The notes below the pieces were generated by a model. That model saw only the letters and a program-made list of their open reading frames with translations, ran no database searches and was not told where the DNA came from. Of a DNA stretch of 64,000 nucleotides, positions 61,551 to 64,000 are shown one piece after another. The stretch's first letter is position 1, and the number at the start of each line of letters is the position of its first letter. Origin of the DNA: a bacterium (GTDB lineage Bacteria; DUMJ01). The translations under genes were made by a program, and so were the position numbers. Where the stretch lies: assembly GCA_049970495.1 (NCBI GenBank), contig JBMFMV010000001.1:45425-109424 (forward strand), written 5' to 3'.

Positions 61551-64000
61551 TCACTCTAGCAATCTATTAAGGTTTTTAGGCTTTATAAAAGTTTCCTTTA
61601 TACTCTTTCCTGGCAAAGCCCTGTGCAGCCTTTGAATTATCTTGTTATAAAGTACTTGTAAATATTCAACATAAAGCTCCCCATTATCTTCTACTCTATC
61701 CATCTGTTCCTCTAATTCTCTTGTATAATCTTCGTTAACAAAGTCGTAAAATTTTTGGCTATCTTTTATAGTACTGTAAACCTTTATCCCCAGTGGAGTC
61801 GGAAGAAGATTACCATATCTTTCAATTATATAACCTCTTTCAAAAAGCTTCTGTACAGTTATAGCATAAGTAGAAGGTCTTCCTATCCCTTTATTCCTCA
61901 TCTCTTCTATCAAACTTGCATAGGTAAAGTAACTAACTACTGGCCTTTGTAGGATTTTCTTTCCAGTAACAACTAAAATCTTCTTATCCAAATCTAAAGG
62001 ACGGGTATGGATAGGGATAATAAGGTTAAATCCATCCTTTATAATGTCTGTTATAAATTCCTCTTCTCTTTCTTTTGACATCGCCTTAAATTTGATCCTT
62101 CTTTTTTCTACACTTACAGCTCGCATCTGAGAAGCGATAAAGTATTTAAAGATGAGATCATAAAGTCTTATATGATCTTTGGTTAACCTCTCTAAATTCA
62201 GAAAAGTCTCACTAAAAAGTTCCTCTGCATCTATAGCTCTAGTAGGTCTTATACACTCATGAGCTCCGCCAGCTTCGCTATAAGTTCTGATATAGACAAA
62301 CTCATCTCCAAAGTTTTCTTTTATGTAAGAAGTAGCCACATTAACGCCTACTTGAGAAACTCTTATACTATCTGTCCTATGATAAGTTATAAAGCCAGCT
62401 TCAAATAGGTCTTGCGCCAAATCCATAGTTTTCTGAGGAGAAAACCTCAAATTGATTGAAGCCTCCTTCAAAAGTGCTGGGGTATTAAGTGGTCTTACAG
62501 ATAAATCCTCCTGCCATCTGGAGATCTCTTCCAACTCTACCTCTTTCAGCCTAGAGTAAAATTCTTCTGCTTCTTTTTTATTTTGAAAATCAAAATCTAC
62601 CGATAATCCATCAATTTCTGCCCTTACTACATATAACTTTTTTCTTGCCTCTTTTGATCTTTCTACTATCCACTCTAAAACGGGAGTTTGCACTCTTCCA
62701 GCACTCAGATTGGACTTACCTAATCTTCTCTGAACATAAAGAGATACTTCAAAACCTATCCATCTGTCCGCTATCCTACGGAGAAGCTGAGCCTTCACAA
62801 GGTTCAGATTTATCTCTCTAGAATTTTTTAACGCTTCTAAAAAAGCCCTTTTTGTAACTTCATGAAACTCTGTCCTTTTTATATCTTTCTGGTAAGGTCT
62901 TAAGGCTAAATATATATCATAGGCTATCTTTTCACCTTCAGTATCTGGATCAGTAGCTATAAATACCTCATCGACCTCTAGACTTATTTCCCTTATAGCC
63001 CTCACGATATCCTCTCTAGAGGGATCAATTGTCTCAAACAGGGGGATAAATTTACTATTCTGAGGGATGACACCATAAATTCCCTCCTCCTTATTTAGGT
63101 CTACAAGGTGTCCTTTAGAAGCTACAATTGTAAGATATCGATCCTGGAGAGGTATTTCATATACATCTATTCCGCCAACCCTTCTTCTAGATGGCTTGCC
63201 AAAAAATTGAGAAATGGTACGCGCCTTATTAGGTGATTCTACAACTACTAAGTCAGTCTTTATTTTCTCCTTTAAATCAACATTACTCATCTGTCTTTTT
63301 CTATCTTCATCTATCTGATAAAGTATCTCCTCCAGATTGATTCCTTTTGCCTCTTTTAGTTCTATATCTTCTGAAGACCAGACAAGTCTTCTCTTTAGGG
63401 CACTAAGAGCCTTACGGTCATCTACAAGAATATAGCTTAATCCTTTTGTAAGCCTGCCCATATACAATCTAGACGTTCTTCCTGATGCTTGTATATAACC
63501 ACTTATATCTGGTATGATAGCTATAGGTTCAACCCCCTGTTCTCCCCTTCTTATCCTAATAGCTATCTCGTCTGAGTTTTCTATTAGAGATAAAATTTCG
63601 CTATTACTAAATAGAGATTCCGCTAAGTCTTTCATATTTAAAGCTTTTTGTCTAAGGTTTTCTGGTAATTCACTATAGGATGAAACTTTGAAATTGCGCA
63701 ACTTTGATAAATCCTGAGACAGCTCTCTTAGCATTATCTTATCTAGAAGGTTCCTCTTTATCAACCAAGGCAAAAGATTTCTAAATAGACTACAGAGAGC
63801 AGATGGGTTTTCTTTATATCTTAGGGTTATTTCAAATCTTGGTATTCCTATAAAGAGGGCGTAACGAACAACTTCAGGTAGATCTAGTCCTCTTGCTAAT
63901 GGGCTATTATAACTTGCTAGTCCTACAAGCACTTGTAATCTTTTATTCTTAAAACTCTCTATACTTTTGGCATTTACCAAATCAGCCCTTATACCTGAGT
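61551..64000 (-). CDS. rgy: Reverse gyrase, C-terminal part (5' end beyond window)
   Basis: Helicase-like RGLDLP and YIQASGRTSR fused to type IA topoisomerase VESPNKA, TDPDTEGE, SAGRVQT, ITYHRTD. Confidence 0.95.
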   Translation of the reverse strand, partial: SGIRADLVNAKSIESFKNKRLQVLVGLASYNSPLARGLDLPEVVRYALFIGIPRFEITLRYKENPSALCSLFRNLLPWLIKRNLLDKIMLRELSQDLSKLRNFKVSSYSELPENLRQKALNMKDLAESLFSNSEILSLIENSDEIAIRIRRGEQGVEPIAIIPDISGYIQASGRTSRLYMGRLTKGLSYILVDDRKALSALKRRLVWSSEDIELKEAKGINLEEILYQIDEDRKRQMSNVDLKEKIKTDLVVVESPNKARTISQFFGKPSRRRVGGIDVYEIPLQDRYLTIVASKGHLVDLNKEEGIYGVIPQNSKFIPLFETIDPSREDIVRAIREISLEVDEVFIATDPDTEGEKIAYDIYLALRPYQKDIKRTEFHEVTKRAFLEALKNSREINLNLVKAQLLRRIADRWIGFEVSLYVQRRLGKSNLSAGRVQTPVLEWIVERSKEARKKLYVVRAEIDGLSVDFDFQNKKEAEEFYSRLKEVELEEISRWQEDLSVRPLNTPALLKEASINLRFSPQKTMDLAQDLFEAGFITYHRTDSIRVSQVGVNVATSYIKENFGDEFVYIRTYSEAGGAHECIRPTRAIDAEELFSETFLNLERLTKDHIRLYDLIFKYFIASQMRAVSVEKRRIKFKAMSKEREEEFITDIIKDGFNLIIPIHTRPLDLDKKILVVTGKKILQRPVVSYFTYASLIEEMRNKGIGRPSTYAITVQKLFERGYIIERYGNLLPTPLGIKVYSTIKDSQKFYDFVNEDYTRELEEQMDRVEDNGELYVEYLQVLYNKIIQRLHRALPGKSIKETFIKPKNLNRLLE

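Noticed and set aside
1..64000. CRISPR arrays, tRNA/rRNA, prophage or defence genes, inteins; the many short antisense ORFs in the track
   Set aside because: No repeat-spacer pattern, cloverleaf or diagnostic motifs seen; short ORFs overlap well-supported genes on another frame or strand

Overview
AT-rich bacterial chromosomal window from a probable thermophilic, saccharolytic anaerobe. The evidence is a reverse gyrase, a rubredoxin and many sugar ABC systems; a Dictyoglomota/Caldisericota-like lineage is only a guess. The left third is housekeeping: (unknown)-greA-lysS-radA-disA-ispD-ispF-gltX-cysS-rlmB, then leuS-comEA-comEC-holA and rpsT. Next come a phoA-pstS pair with a PHO-box-like repeat, a family-5 ABC importer operon carrying a 59-aa membrane protein missed by the ORF track, a ThuA-Gfo/Idh/MocA fusion, and a 346-bp internally deleted IS1634-like element beside a 5'-truncated ABC exporter gene. 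These are followed by a rubredoxin operon, split metG, a PlsY/CTP-dependent lipid-kinase-like fusion coupled to a PAS-GGDEF-HD-GYP gene, and a GH4 (CHEV) enzyme. The right part holds an 11-gene GntR-associated catabolic operon (two RraA/HMG-type aldolases, four dehydrogenases, substrate unknown), two orphan family-5 binding proteins and the 3' part of reverse gyrase. No rRNA, tRNA or CRISPR array was seen. The best candidates for undescribed biology are the catabolic operon (46009-56373) and the PlsY fusion (41348-42553). All functional calls come from motif recognition only; no searches were run.
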